This document shows, piece by piece, positions 11,005 to 24,875 of a stretch of 64,000 nucleotides of DNA (within the stretch, counting starts at the first letter, position 1; every line of letters begins with the position of its first letter). Location of the stretch: NCBI RefSeq assembly GCF_964213995.1, contig NC_135812.1, positions 82,584,001-82,648,000 on the forward strand. The letters are read 5' to 3'. The translations under genes and the position numbers were made by a program. Source of the stretch: Mustelus asterias. Lineage: Eukaryota. The notes beneath the pieces were generated by a model that was not told where the DNA came from, searched no databases, and saw nothing but the letters and a program-made list of their open reading frames with translations.

Positions 11005-12030
11005 AGCATACCGTTCATAAAGGAGAGGGTGCAGAATGTAGTGTTACACTCATAGCTAGGGTGTAGAGAAAGATCAACTTAATGCGAGGTAGGTCCATTC
11101 AAAAGTCTGAGGGCAGCAGGGAAGAAGCTGTTTTTGAGTTGATTGGTACCTGACCTCAGACTTTTGCATCTTTTTTCCAGATGGAAGAAGGTGGAAGAGA
11201 CTGTGTCCGGGGTGCACGGGGTCCTTGATTATGCTGGCTGCTTTTCTGAGACAGCGGGAAGTGTATGTGAGGATGTGGGAAAGGGCTGGCTTGGCCATCA
11301 TCATACAAACAGCACGTTTCTGTGGGTATTGGAATCTCTGCGAAAGACAACGGGGCTGGAAAACCTCAAACAAGATTTTAAAATAGCTCAAGGTGAATCT
11401 GGCTTTATGTACACCTCCCAGAACACCACCAGGGCTTGAAAAATATTCTTGAATTGATTCTTGTGAAATAATAAGAACCCCCCCCCCCCCCCCCCCCGCC
11501 CAAGAAAAACCACCCGAGAAACTGTAAGATTTAAAAAAAATACTGCGGACGCTGGAAAAACAGAAAATGCTGGAAAATCTCAACAGGTCTGACCATCTGT
11601 GGAAAGATTTGATTTGATTTATTTATTGTCACATGTATCGGGATACGGTGAAAAGTATTGTTTCTTGCATGCTATACAGTACCATGCATAGAGTACACGG
11701 GAGAAGGAAAGGAGAGGATGCAGAGTATAATGTTGCAGTTACAGATAGGGTGAAGAGTATAATGTTGCAGTTACAGATAGGGTGAAGAGAAAGATCAGCT
11801 TAGTATATGATAAGTCCATTCAAAAGTCTGATGGCAACAAGGAAGAAGCTGTTCTTGAGTCAGTTGGTACTTGACCTCAGACTTTTGAATCTTTTTTTCT
11901 GACAGAAGAAGATGGTAGGGAGTATGGCCGGGGCATGTGGGTCCTTGATTGTGCTGGCTGCTTTCCCAAGGCAGCAGGGAGTGTAGGTGGAATCATTGAA
12001 TGGGAGGCCGGTTTGTGTGGTGAACTGTGG
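11005..12030 (-). mobile_element. Two Rex1/Babar-like LINE 3' fragments (~11005-11290 and ~11607-12030)
   Basis: ORF 11074..11583 contains RCLRKAASIIKDPVHPGHSLFHLLPSGK. The tail reads TGTGACAATAAATAAATCAAATCAAATC on the minus strand. Confidence 0.7.
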
Positions 12031-12838
12031 ATGTGGTCTGGAAGCAGCAGGTCCTGGGCACTTTTGGAAAAAAGTTGTTCTGGAGGTTGAAGTGGGCAGT
12101 GGTCACCAGGAGCTCTTCTGGGGGTAGAGGGGGGCAGAGCTTTTGAGATGTGCCACTGAAGCCAGTCGGAGGCCAGCAACACTGGGGAAGAAACATCAAA
12201 ACTAAGAGCAAAACACACTGTGAGTGCTGGAAATCTTGAAATAAAAACAATGCTGGAAAAATATCCAGCAGGTCTATAAGATCCATTAACACATTAACTC
12301 TGGTTCTCCACAGAACCTGCCAGACCTGGGTATTTCCAGCATTTTCTGTTTTCCTTGGGGAAGGAACATAGTTTGGGTTCTCTCCCAACTATGTTCCTTC
12401 CCCAAGGAAAACATAAAGGAAGAACTGGGTTGGTTGGACCTGGGTCTTGTCGAGAAAATGAGTCCTTGGGGGGGGAAAACAATAACCTTAAATAGGGCGT
12501 TTCAGTGGTGAAGCAAAGGAATCAGGGCTGTGGCTTCACCAAGGGTACAGTACCATTCTGGTGGCAAATTTCAGTGTTCAATTACAACATGATTACTTCT
12601 GTGAGTGAATTTATGATATTTACATTAATGGCTGCAGACTACTTGGGGTAACTGCCTTTTCAAAGTAAGTGGTTTCTCTTGTTGAATTAAATCTGATACC
12701 TTATAATTTTGCCACATAGATGTAGATATTTGCTGTAAAGAGAAAATTGTTTATACATTACTGCAAGTCAAAAGTCAACATGTGGCAGCAGCAATAATCT
12801 GCTTATTCGGTGTCTATTTTGATGCTTATTTTAATCCA

Positions 12839-13650
12839 GTAAGAAGTTTAACAACACCAGGTTAAAGTCCAACAGGTTTATTTGGTAGCAAAAGCCACAC
12901 AAGCTTTCGGAGCTCTAAGCCCCTTCTTCAGGTGAGTGGGAATTCTGTTCACAAACAGAGCTTATAAAGACACAAACTCAATTTACATGAATAATGGTTG
13001 GAATGCGAATACTTACAACAAATCAAGTCTTTAAGAAACAAAACAATGTGAGTGGAGAGAGCATCAAGACAGGCTAAAAAGATGTGTATTGTCTCCAGAC
13101 AAGACAGCCAGTGAAACTCTGCGGGTCCACGCAACTGTGGGAGTTACAAATAGTGTGACATGAACCCAATATCCCGGTTGAGGCCATCCTCGTGTGTGCG
13201 GAACTTGGCTATCAGTTTCTGCTCAGCGACTCTGCGCTGTCGTGTGTCGCGAAGGCCGCCTTGGAGAACGCTTACCCGAATATCAGAGGCCGAATGCCCG
13301 TGACCGCTGAAGTGCTCCCCAACAGGAAGAGAACAGTCTTGCCTGGTGATTGTCGAGCGGTGTTCATTCATCCGTTGTCGCAGCGTCTGCATAGTTTCCC
13401 CAATGTACCATGCCTCGGGACATCCTTTCTTGCAGCGTATCAGGTAGACAACGTTGGCCGAATTGCAAGAGTATGTACCGTGTACCTGGTGGATGGTGTT
13501 CTCACGTGAGTTGATGGCATCTGTGTCGATGATCCAGCACGTCTTGCAGAGGTTGCTGTGGCAGGGTTGTGTGGTGTCATGATCACTGTTCTCCTGAAGG
13601 CTGGGTAGTCACAATGCATGGCATTGTCCAACGCCAGCATCTCCACATCA
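12839..13650 (-). mobile_element. Penelope-like element 3' portion (GIY-YIG endonuclease) with short inverted tail and TSD
   Basis: The minus strand encodes YIGETMQTLRQRMNEHR...EQKLIAKFRTHEDGLNRD. 12-bp TSD TATTTTAATCCA at 12827-12838 and 13651-13662. Confidence 0.9.
12894..12940 (-). ncRNA. Minimal hammerhead ribozyme motif of a Penelope terminal repeat
   Basis: CAC-CTGAAGA-A-GGGGCT/AGCTCC stem II-GAAA-GCTT-GTG. Palindromic AGCT helix III typical of dimer-dependent PLE hammerheads. Confidence 0.65.
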
Positions 13651-13999
13651 TATTTTAATCCATCCAGTAAAAGAGCTGATTTATTGGCCAGTGCCGTTTT
13701 ACACCAATGTGACTTTTCAGCCATGCTTAAAAATAGTCATAACTCAGAAGAACCTTGGGATGGATGGAATTAATTCAATACAATAGAGCCATACTTTGTC
13801 AACTGTTAACTTGTCTAAAAGTAGATTAAATCAATAAATTGGAGAATTAATTTGGCAATGAGTGCAAAAAAGTGTCAATGTCTTGCCCCTTACTGAAACC
13901 TTCCCAGGTAGCTATGCCTCCAACCACCTCCCTTGCTCAAAGGTTCCTCCTTGGTCTGCCCCATTATTCTCCTGGTGCCGCCTTCTTTGAGGAGCTTAC

Positions 14000-15900
14000 T
14001 TTATTCTGTCTCTCTTGTAAGTGTTTTAAAATCTTCATTTGCTGCTGCCCACATGAGCCTCCTTCTGAGCTTTACATGCTCAGCTTCACTCAGTCCTTGA
14101 TCCATGCATTGTGACTTATCAGTTTTTGTGATTTGAACATCCATCTAAACACACCTTATACTCTTCTATGACCTCAGTGCCATCCTGCCCTCCCTTACCG
14201 ACTCCTGAATATACACTGTCCTATCCATATTCATGGCGCATCCACCCACCCCCTCAACCTTACTTGCCATTTCACATTACTACTTTTCCTATTGTCTTGA
14301 TCACACTTCTTTGTGTCCTGCGCCACTCAACTCTCTTTTAGTACAATTTCCTTCTGCTTGTGCACCTGGAAAAATCTCCCTCACCTTACTTGTAACAGAA
14401 CTTTCAAGCACAATACTTCTCCAACCGTTGGTTGTACAGTGACTCTCTCACCTTTGTCTTTGTCCTTTTCCCAGTAAAATGTTTACTCTTTCCCATCCTG
14501 ATCTTTCACCTGGTGCATCCTCTACCTTTGCTCCAAGAGACAAAGAATTGAATGTGTGTGGTGCACAGTGTTTTTACCCATTTGTTGCCAGACCCGGTTG
14601 GATCACTTCAAGCACTGCTCTCCTTCCAGGAATCCAAAGATAACTCCCAGTCAACTGTCTCCAAAAGCTTTTTTTGTATTTTTGTGCACTTCTTGTTGAC
14701 TTTTCCATTATAAATAAATGCACTCATGTATTCATGTCTGTCTGATTGGAAGTGCGTTAGCACCACTACTAGCAGGAGGCTGTAAATATGCTCTGAACCA
14801 ATATTTTTCTCTAGTTTCTCTTCCATTGCCCTCTAAATGCTGTGCAAGCTCCAATTGTCAATAGATTCAGCTCTTGCGCTCACAACCCTATTTTCGCTCA
14901 TTTCCTTTTCCCCCAAACTACAATATCTCTCTTCCATTGTCCACCTAAGTGGGACTTCCCTTGTATGATTCTACTCTTTCCCATCTAGCTGTAGCCAGAG
15001 AATTTTCTGCAATGTCTTATCTCCCTGCTTGTGCACTTTAGTTCTGGAGCCCCACAGGGATCTACCTTTGGCCTGTTTTTATTCCTCTAAATCCTTCCCC
15101 TCAGGGACAATATCCAAAGACTTGAAGTCCAGTTCCATTGATACACTGATGACACCCAGCTTTCTCTCCCACCACCTCTCTCGACTCTTCCACTGCCTCT
15201 GTGCCTGCTTTCATGTTTGACATCCAGTCCTAAATGAGGTGTAATTTCATAATCCTCCATTTCTTTGCCATTAATTCCATTCCCTTCCCAGGTCATTATC
15301 TTGTGTTCAACCCGACTATTCGTCATCTTGATGTCAGTTTTAATCCAAAGCTGAGCTCCAAACCCATTGTTTTACTTAAAGACTGGCAAGTTCCACCCTT
15401 TTTACATTGCCTGTCTCCATCCTGCCTTTGGCCTTCGACTGCTTAATGATGCTTCACCCTGACTTGATTATTTTTGCATGTTCCACCTCCATACTCTGGA
15501 GTTCATTAAAAATTGTGCTGTTAATATCTTCAGTGACATCAAATCCCATTCATCCATTACCCTTACTGATCCACGTGGCTCCCTGTCCAGCAACACCACC
15601 ATTTAAAGTTCTTGTGTTCATATGCTTCCATGGCCTCCCTAACTCTAATCTGCAACCATCTGAAAACTACGTTCCTCCAAAACGGATCTATTGTTCATCC
15701 CTAGTGCTTTTATTCCATCATTCATAACTGTGTCCTCCCTTGTTTCGCTAAACTCTTAATTTTTCCTCATCTACACATCTCTCTCATCCTTTGAGATCCT
15801 CCTTAAACCCTATCACTTGGTCCAAGCTTTTAGTCACCTTTCCTAATATTGCCTCCTATGACTGCAAATGTTGACTCAGTTGAAGCACCTTGAAGTGTTT
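14000..15900 (+). mobile_element. Ancient L2-like LINE remnants
   Basis: Pyrimidine-rich degenerate sequence with GAGCCCCACAGGGATCT (GVPQGS-like) and TACACTGATGACACCCAGCT (YADDTQL-like). Confidence 0.55.
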
Positions 15901-16399
15901 TCCCTACAGTAAAGTTGCTAAGTTGGGTAATGGATAGAAATGGACTGCTGTCTCATTTAGGCAACTAACATTTGAACATCTTGCCCCATCGTACCCTCCC
16001 TTCCTTATTTCTTGGTTCACTGACGCAAATTGATAAGCCTGCTCGGAACAGTGGATTCCTTTGGGAATCTAGTGTGTTTAGTGACACAACTTCAGTTTCC
16101 TCTGTTGCAGTGATCTTCATGATAGAGCTCAGCTGGGCGTTTTCAACTGCTGTCTGTTTGAAGTTTATAGATTCTAAAATTTACAATTTCTTATTCAAGA
16201 GCAATTAGACATCACTTGCTTTGGAAATTATATAAAGAGTCAAATTTCTGTATCCTTCGTTTCTCTCCCTCACCAATGTATCATTCCATTTTTTCCTTTT
16301 GAGGGCTTTCATTGATAAGCATCAGTTGTCCTCAAGAATTTTACAGCACAACAATTGTCCATTCAGCCAAACGGCTCCATGCCTGTGTTTATGGTGCAT

Positions 16400-16633
16400 A
16401 GTAAGAAGTTTAACAACACCAGGTTAAAGTCCAACAGGTTTATTTGGTAGCAAAAGCCACTCAAGCTTTCGGAGCTCCAAGCCCCTTCTTCAGGTGAGTG
16501 GGCTGAAGAAGGGGCTTGGAGCTCCGAAAGCTTGTGTGGCTTTTGCTACCAAATAAACCTGTTGGACTTTAACCTGGTGTTGTTAAACTTCTTACTGTGT
16601 TTACCCCAGTCCAACGCCGGCATCTCCACATCA
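16400..16633. mobile_element. Palindromic Penelope terminal-repeat insertion (94-bp arms)
   Basis: Arms at 16400-16493 and 16503-16596 with one visible mismatch and a 9-bp loop, followed by a one-sided tail ending CATCTCCACATCA. Confidence 0.85.
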
Positions 16634-18752
16634 TTTATGATGTATACCAGCTTCCCGGGATGCTAAAGCATATTGTCACACACCAATCACTGCCCCAGCA
16701 AGAAATGGCTAATCTGGCACTGCCTGGGACTTGCTCTTGGCATGTACATCTAGACTCCTCATTGAACCAGGGTTGGTCATCAGGCTTGATGGAGATGTGG
16801 AAGATATGCTGGGCCTTGAGGTTGCAAATTGGGGTGTATGTGATTATGATTACACAGTTCCATGACACAGTGTGAAGTTGGGAATTGGTCTTCCAAAAGA
16901 ACCGCGCAGGGTCTCTCCTCCAAAGCTAACATCTGTAACAGATAGACTGGTAAAGGAGAGTTCATGTCAGGTTATTCCCACATGTTGGTTCTCTATCCAC
17001 TTTTTTTTGCAACCCTAGTCTGGCAACTATGGACTTCAAGATCTAGTCAGTGATGATGTTAGTGAATCACTCTTATTGGTGGACATTAAATTCCATCATC
17101 CAGAGTTTATGTGCCCTTGCCAAAATTTGTTTTTAATATGGTGGAGTACCGATTCATCAGATGAGGGAACATGGTACCGAGTAGTTTGCAGGTGATTTCC
17201 TTATCCCTGTTTGATCTAAAATGTTGCGGACTCCCAAGGACAATTCCCTGACTGCATATTACTGGCACCATTTTTGTGGGTCTGTCCTGCCAGTGGGACA
17301 GAACAACTGTTTCTTCTAAGCTGCACGACCATGGTCCCTTTGCAATGTGTAGTAACCTGGCAGTCTTAAAAGGACCGCGCAGCGCAACAAACAGGTTACA
17401 CACAGAAAAAGAAGATTAAAGGGAATGTTGGGCAGGATATATTTCCTAATTTTTGTAATCTGAATTCTCAAACTTCTATGATGAGATTTGAATGCTCATT
17501 CTCTGAATTCTACTCTATTCTAGGCCTCTGGTTTACTGGCTAAGTAACACAACCACTTCACTACTTTATCTAACTAACTAAGCATTTTCTGTAAAATTAA
17601 CTGGAAATTTTTCACAAAGCCAATGTGTTATATGTATGAAAACAAATGCAGTAAACTCAAAATACAGTACTTTTTATTTGCTGCCTTCATTTGATGGTAG
17701 TCCAGTAGACTAGTTCACAAAATGGAATCTTCCTTATCTATATTACTCACCACATCCGGTAGTGTATTTATCTGCCTTGCTGAAGGCAACATAAAATCTT
17801 ATTTTATTTTTACATTACCAATTGTGCACATTGTCACAAAATATTAGAGCAGTCAGTACAAACCAAAACATTCATTCAACTTAGATTCTGTAACTCTGAG
17901 CAAGTTGAAAAGGTTTTTTAAATCTATTTAATCTGTTCATCTATTTTAATACAAACTTGCACATTAATAAACTCTAGTGAGTAATTTTCATCAGTTGGTA
18001 GCAATCTATACTGCTGTGCAGTCTCTATACTTTTAATTAGATGTATAGCTTTCACATAATTTGAAAGCTGAATTAACAAGCTGGTGATTTATTATGTGTC
18101 CATTAAAGGCCAGCCAAAAATATTTTTGTGCAAATTGAAAATCAACAAAACAGTTGGTTTGAAAGAGGATACTTCAGTTGTGAGTTTCAGTGTAATTACA
18201 CCCACTTTCCATCCAGAACAAGACAGGAAGAGGTTTTGGCGATGAAATAAGGAGTCCATGGCTCCCAGTCCGAGAAGATAAAAAGTGGAAAAATTATGCA
18301 TCTTAAAAAAACACAGCTCAGTTGCAAGATAATTTATAAACAATAGCCAATTTGCATATTATCCAATGAGCAGCAATGAATTGATCACAAATACTATAAT
18401 CCAATATTATTAGCTAGGTGCAGTAATGAATTGCAGAAGATGGACGGAAAATACATGCATAAAAATTGCACAGAATTTGCTGGAAACAGTACAGCATAAA
18501 TGTTTTTTTTAAATGCTTGGAGGATGAATGATAACTTCAGGGTCCCAGTTGTTTTCTATCAAAAGTGTAAGAAATCTATTATTTCTAACGAGAAGGAAAC
18601 TGATCAGTATTGTATTTTTAACCAAGTGGGGATATACTTGTGTTATCTGAGTTACAGCTATCTCATTGCAATGGCTCAGCCTGGATTTCCTAATTGCTGA
18701 AATTGCAAAAGTCACCTGATTTACATTGAATATGTATTTCCTTTTGTTATAG

Positions 18753-19141
18753 GACAATGTAGAAAGAATAGATGCCCTCCAGACATCAGTTGAAGAATTC
18801 ATTGAGAAGTACGAAAAACCATATAAGCCTGTGGTGGTGTTAAATGCTGAATATGGGTGGGCAGCACACGAAAAGTGGACACTGGAGCGATTAAAGCGCA
18901 AGTACAGAAATCAGAAATTTAAATGTGGGGAAGACAATGATGGCTACTCAGTTAAAATGAAAATGAAGTATTATGCCGACTACATGGAAACTACAAAAGA
19001 TGATAGCCCGCTTTACATTTTTGATAGCAGCTATGGTGAACACCCTAAAAGGAAGAAACTGTTAGAGGATTATGAAGTGCCAAAGTATTTTAAGGATGAT
19101 TTATTCCAGTTTGCAGGCGAAAAACGGAGACCTCCATACAG
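18753..19141 (+). CDS. JMJD6: JMJD6 coding exon 2 (DNVERIDA...GEKRRPPYR)
   Basis: ttatag| acceptor, CAG|gtaaca donor, 389 nt. Contains [34 protein letters not shown]. Confidence 0.98.
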
Positions 19142-19956
19142 GTAACAGCACATAAAACAACAAACCTTCATGATTATTTGTTGAAAAGCTATCAAGTAGG
19201 TCAGTGTCTCGAGTGTCTCCTCTTGTATCCCACATTTTTCATGGTGACAGGACAGTCCTTACTTTTTGAGTTCTTTTAGAGCCTTAGAGATCAATATTTC
19301 ATTCAACCAAAAGTAAAATAATGAGCTGTGTTAAATGTAGGGCAATGGCTGCCTGTGTAATGCACCATCCACCCAGCTAAGTAGTTAGTAAATGTTCTCT
19401 TAGCAAACAAATCCAAAAACTGTCTTTCTCTTTTTAACACTATCCATTGCAACATGGACTGGATTGTGTCAGAAAGGTTTGAAAAGCTGGCCACGATAAT
19501 GGTACTATTCAAAAGGATGCCATTCAATATCTTGATCAAAGTAGTCAATAAAATTGGCACATTTAGAAAACATACAAGGAATCAAGTTGATTTGAGCAAA
19601 AGAGTCAAGAATTTGTAGATTTCTTTCCAAATCTATTTTTTCAAGGGATCCCATTATATTCCTGTTCACTCCACTCGAATCAGCTTAGTTAACTTGGTAC
19701 TACAGCATAAAGCATATTGGATTTTTCATTGTGATAATTTGAACAAATCTGTCCTAAAAAATGTTTTCTGTCTGGATTTAGTTTGTAAATTATGTGTTCA
19801 ACAAGCAGAGAAATGCTAGAGAAAGGAATTCTCTTTCAGGCATGCCGTGTCAGTATCAAGAATTTCAAGGCTAGATTATAGTGTGGTTAAATGCAGAGGA
19901 AACTTTCCCTACTCTGTCACAAAAATATACCTAAAATCTCAAGCTAAGAAGATCAT

Positions 19957-20560
19957 GGGCGGAATTTTCCATTCTCTGCACAGAATGCTGACTGAGGTGA
20001 GAATACCAGTTTGCAGCTCTTTGGTTGCACAGCCTGTTCTTCTCTCCAGCACTCTGTGTAGAAAAGGTTTGGAAGGTGCCCTGATCTCTGGTGGAATAAA
20101 CAGAAACTCCCCCCACACAAATACAGCAATCATCTCTCTCTCTCCCCCCCACCATCACCTCGGACACAGGCATTCCCCCCCCCCCCCCTCCACCATTGAA
20201 GCTCCCCAGGGGGCAGTGTCAGTGCCTGGGCCTCCCAACCCCATCCCCTCCAGGGGCTATACTTAACCTGTGCACCTCTGATGGGTTCCCTTTGCCTCGT
20301 TCACATTTTAAAAAAGCAGTTGTAAACCTTGCCAATATGATGTCACTTCGGTGAAGGGGGAACTCCGAATGTGGGGGGCGGGGTGATATGGCCAGGAACC
20401 CTGTTAATTGTTGGGAACCTCATTATGTCACCAGCAAGGGGTGGGGAGAATCAGAAAATGAGATTTCGCTGGTGAGGTTCTCGTTTTCTGAGTCTCGTGA
20501 TATTTTGTGCCAACGTCGCCGTTTGCAGTCAAAGCGAACGTGGGTGCAAAATCAAGGCCC
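19957..20560. mobile_element. Non-autonomous DNA transposon (MITE, possibly PIF/Harbinger-like)
   Basis: Imperfect terminal inverted repeats GGGCGGAATTTT...AAAATCAAGGCCC bound a GC-richer ~600-bp non-coding block. Confidence 0.5.
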
Positions 20561-21129
20561 GTGTCTTTCTACATCTTTGCAACAACTTCATTTCCCACAC
20601 CAACTATTGTGTTGTACTTCGACCTTTTGTCTTGGAATTAAATCAAAAGTAACCTAACTTATTTCACAAAGGACCCTTATTGTAATTAGGTAGTTCAGTC
20701 TGCATCTGAACCTAGGTTGCAACAGAATCTAACACATTGTGCCACCCAGTTCTGGATAATTCATTATAAATGTACATGAATGAACTGTAAATACTTTATG
20801 GGACTGTTAGAATCATTTTCGTAAGAAGAGAAAACAACTTGGATTTACATAGAACCTTAAAGGATGAATCTCAGTGCATTTCACACAAGAGAGCAACAGC
20901 AATGAGCATGATTTTAGAGTGATTTGAATGAACCAATTGTTTGAAAGCCTCCTCAAAACTTACCTTTTTAAGAAAGAGGGAGAGACAGGAGCAAATGGAC
21001 TAAAAGAATGAGTTCCAGAGAGAAAGGTAGTGAATTTTGCAGGCCCTGGTACTGAAAGCAGAATAATAGGCAGATGTAGGAGGAATGAGTCCGAAAAATG
21101 TAGGACTGGGAATGGAGAGGTAGAGGAGT

Positions 21130-21339
21130 CATGATGTGGCGATGCCGGCATTGGACTAGGGTAAACACAGTAAGAAGTCCAACAGGTTTATTTGGTAGCA
21201 AAAGCCACAAGCTTTCAGAGCCTTAAGCCCCTTCTTCAGGGCGCTCACCTGAAGAAAGGGCTTAAGGCTCCGAAAGCTTGTGGCTTTTGCTACCAAATAA
21301 ACCTGTTGGACTTTAACCTGGTGTTGTTAAACTTCTTAC
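21130..21339. mobile_element. Palindromic Penelope terminal-repeat insertion with 13-bp TSD
   Basis: Inverted arms around GGCGCTCA. TSD GAGGTAGAGGAGT at 21117-21129 and 21340-21352. Confidence 0.85.
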
Positions 21340-21824
21340 GAGGTAGAGGAGTACCAGGCCATTCAGGGACTTATGAATTGGGCAAGGGATTTGTATTTCA
21401 TGTATTGGGACCTCTGCAAGAAGTAGTTTCTCCTCATCTCAGTTTTAAATCTACCACCTCTCTACCTGTATTGGGACAGGGAGCAAATGGAGGTAGACAG
21501 GGGTGATGAGCAAAAGGGACTTAGTGCAGGATGGGATGTGAGCAATAAATGCTAAGATACTTTGGTTAAGGGTAGTTAATGTTCCATCCAAATTCTTATT
21601 GGATTTTCTAATTTTCAGCAATTTTCACAATAACACATGCATAGGTTTGATCGGGTGCAGAAAGTAAGAGGATTGAAATATTACTTTATGAATCACCCTT
21701 CGGTTATATTTGAAGAGGAAAACAAGGGCATTGTGACTGTGAAGAATATTATTAACAAGTGTGTTGCATACAGCAGATCTGTAACAATATCACGATCAGT
21801 ACTGACAAAAGCTTAGTATTTTAG

Positions 21825-22172
<348 letters not shown>

Positions 22173-22394
22173 TAAAAGAGAAAAGCTACTTACACAACAC
22201 TTTGTTAGTGGAGATAATTGTTATTGAAAAGTCATTGATATTTTTCTAGTAGTGCCCAATATTTGAAACAAAGATATAATTTCTTTTTGAAAACTGATAT
22301 TGTTGCTTTTAGGCAATATAAAATGACAAACCTTTGCATTTTCCAATCCATTTAGAACGGAATAATCTCATTAGTGACATGTATGCGCATACAT

Positions 22395-23673
22395 AAGTGA
22401 CAGACAGCATGGTTTTGTCAGAGGGAGGTCGTGCCTTACAAATTTGGTGGAGTTTTTTGAGGAAGTGACAAAAACAGTTGACGAAGGAAGGGCCGTGGAT
22501 GTCGTCTATATGGATTTCAGTAAGGCATTTGACAAAGTCCCACATGGCAGGTTGGTTAAGAAGGTTAAGGCTCATGGGATACAAGGAGAGGTGGCTAGAT
22601 GGGTGGAGAACTGGCTTGGCCATAGGAGACAGAGGGTAGCGGTCGAAGGGTCTTTTTCCGGCTGGAGGTCTGTGACCATTGATGTTCCGCAGGGCTCTGT
22701 ACTGGGACCTCTGCTATTTGTGATATATATAAATGATTTGGAAGAAGGTGTAACTGGTGTTATCAGCAAGTTTGCGGATGACACGAAGATGGCCGGACTT
22801 GCGGATAGCGATAAGCATTGTCGGGCAATACAGCAGGATATAGATAGGCTGGAAAATTGGGCAGAGAGGTGGCAGATGGAATTTAATCCAGATAAATGCG
22901 AAGTGATGCATTTTGGAAGAAATAATGTAGGGAGCAGTTATACAATAAATGGCAGAGCCATCAAGAGTATAGAAACACAGAGGGACCTAGGTGTGCAAGT
23001 CCACAAATCCTTGAAGGTGGCAACACTGGTGGAGAAGGTGGTGAAGAAGGCATATGGTATGCTTGCCTTTATAGGACGGGGTATAGAGTATAAAAGCTGG
23101 AGTCTGATGATGCAGCTGTATAGAACGCTGGTTAGGCCACATTTGGAGTACTGCGTCCAGTTCTGGTCGCCGCACTACCAGAAGGACGTGGAGGCGTTAG
23201 AGAGAGTGCAGAGAAGGTTTACCAGGATGTTGCCTGGTATGGAGGGTCTTAGCTATGAGGAGAGATTGGGTAAACTGGGGTTGTTCTCCCTGGAAAGATG
23301 GAGAATGAGGGGAGATCTAATAGAGGTGTACAAGATTATGAAGGGGATAGATAGGGTGAACGGTGGGAAGCTTTTTCCCAGATCAGAAGTGACGATCACG
23401 AGGGGTCACGGGCTCAAGGTGAGAGGGGCGAAGTATAACTCAGATATTAGAGGGATGTTTTTTACACAGAGGGTGGTGGGGGCCTGGAATGCGCTGCCAA
23501 GTAGGGTGGTGGAGGCAGACACGCTGACATCGTTTAAGACTTACCTGGATAGTCACATGAGCAACCTGGGAATGGAGGGATACAAACGATTGGTCTAGTT
23601 GGACCAAGGAGCGGCACAGGCTTGGAGGGCCAAAGGGCCTGTTTCCTCTGCTGTACTGTTCTTTGTTCTTTGT
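22395..23673 (+). mobile_element. 5'-truncated young CR1 LINE, uninterrupted RT C-terminal ORF (22444-23598)
   Basis: DFSKAFDKVPH, VPQGSVLGP, KFADD and RPHLEYCVQFWSP motifs, with a TGTTCTT tail. Confidence 0.93.
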
Positions 23674-24414
23674 GACAATTTCCTCACATTTCAAAATTAC
23701 CTCAGAGTTTTCCATTGCTCATATCATTTTGGTGATCGGTTTCTAGCTGTATATGCTGTCACCCAGAATCTGAAGGGCTCTCAACACTTGGATTTCACTT
23801 CCTACTGAAGGATTTAGGGCAATTTGTTTACAGTTAGATGCTTCTAACATTGTTCTGTGGTGGATTATCTGCATCTTTTAAGAGGGGGTCAGAGGAACCT
23901 TTATATTTCAAAAAATTGATCCCAAGAATCTTTCATTACATATTTTTTTCCTCACAAATGTTCTCACTATTCCATTGGAGCCAGTTGGCTTCTAGTACTT
24001 GACTCAAATGCTTATTGCTTAAATGTGATCATTGTCAGTGAGTGCAAGAACAGACAAGTCTCTCATCCGATTTGTGCCCGATACCCAAATGCAGCCAATC
24101 TTTCTCTAAACAATATGAGGTTATAGTCTTTATCACTATCCCGGTTGAGAGCTGATGCATGAAAATATGCTATCCTGCCATAGAGATTCTTCTGTGGGCA
24201 GAACTGATGGACGCTGGATGTGCTATTGAAACTGAGATTATTCATGGCCTTTCTTATAGTTGAAAGCGGGGGCATTGCCATAATGTGCATAACAGTGTAC
24301 TATTCTGGCCACAAAACCTTCATTCTTCTGGGAAAATGAAATACTTCTGCAGTATATTTGAAGAATTTCTTAAATTGTTCTTTTTGTTCTTCATTGCATT
24401 GAATGCACAACCTG

Positions 24415-24875
24415 GATCCCCTCTCATCCTTCTAAACCCCAGCGAGTACAAGCTCAAACTATTTAATCTCTCCTCATATATCAACCCCTTCATCTCCGGA
24501 ATCAGTCTGGTGAACCTCATCTGAACTGCCTCCAATGCCATCATATCCTTCCTCAAACAAAGAGACCAAAACTGAACACTAGTCCAGATGTAGTCTCACC
24601 AGCACCCTATACAAATGCAACAACACATCTTTGCTTCTATAGTCCAGTCCTTTTGCAATAAATGCCAACGTTCCATTTGCCTTTTTTATTACATGCTTCA
24701 CCTGCATACCGGCCTTCTGCGATTCATGAACGTAGACACCCAGATCCCTCTGTCCAGACGCATCTTGAATCTGCTTTCCATTTAGTTAATATTTGCTTTT
24801 CTATTTTTTCTGCCAAAATGGATAACCTCACATTTATCTATATTAAACTCCATCTGTCAAATTTTGCCCCATTGT
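24415..24875 (-). mobile_element. CR1 LINE fragment
   Basis: ORF 24320..24556 contains RFTRLIPEMKGLIYEERLNSLSLYSL. Confidence 0.75.

Noticed and set aside
22444-23598. 384-aa ORF as a host gene or domesticated RT
   Set aside because: It is an ordinary 5'-truncated CR1 ORF2 with no true ATG start and an intact LINE tail. Openness reflects youth.
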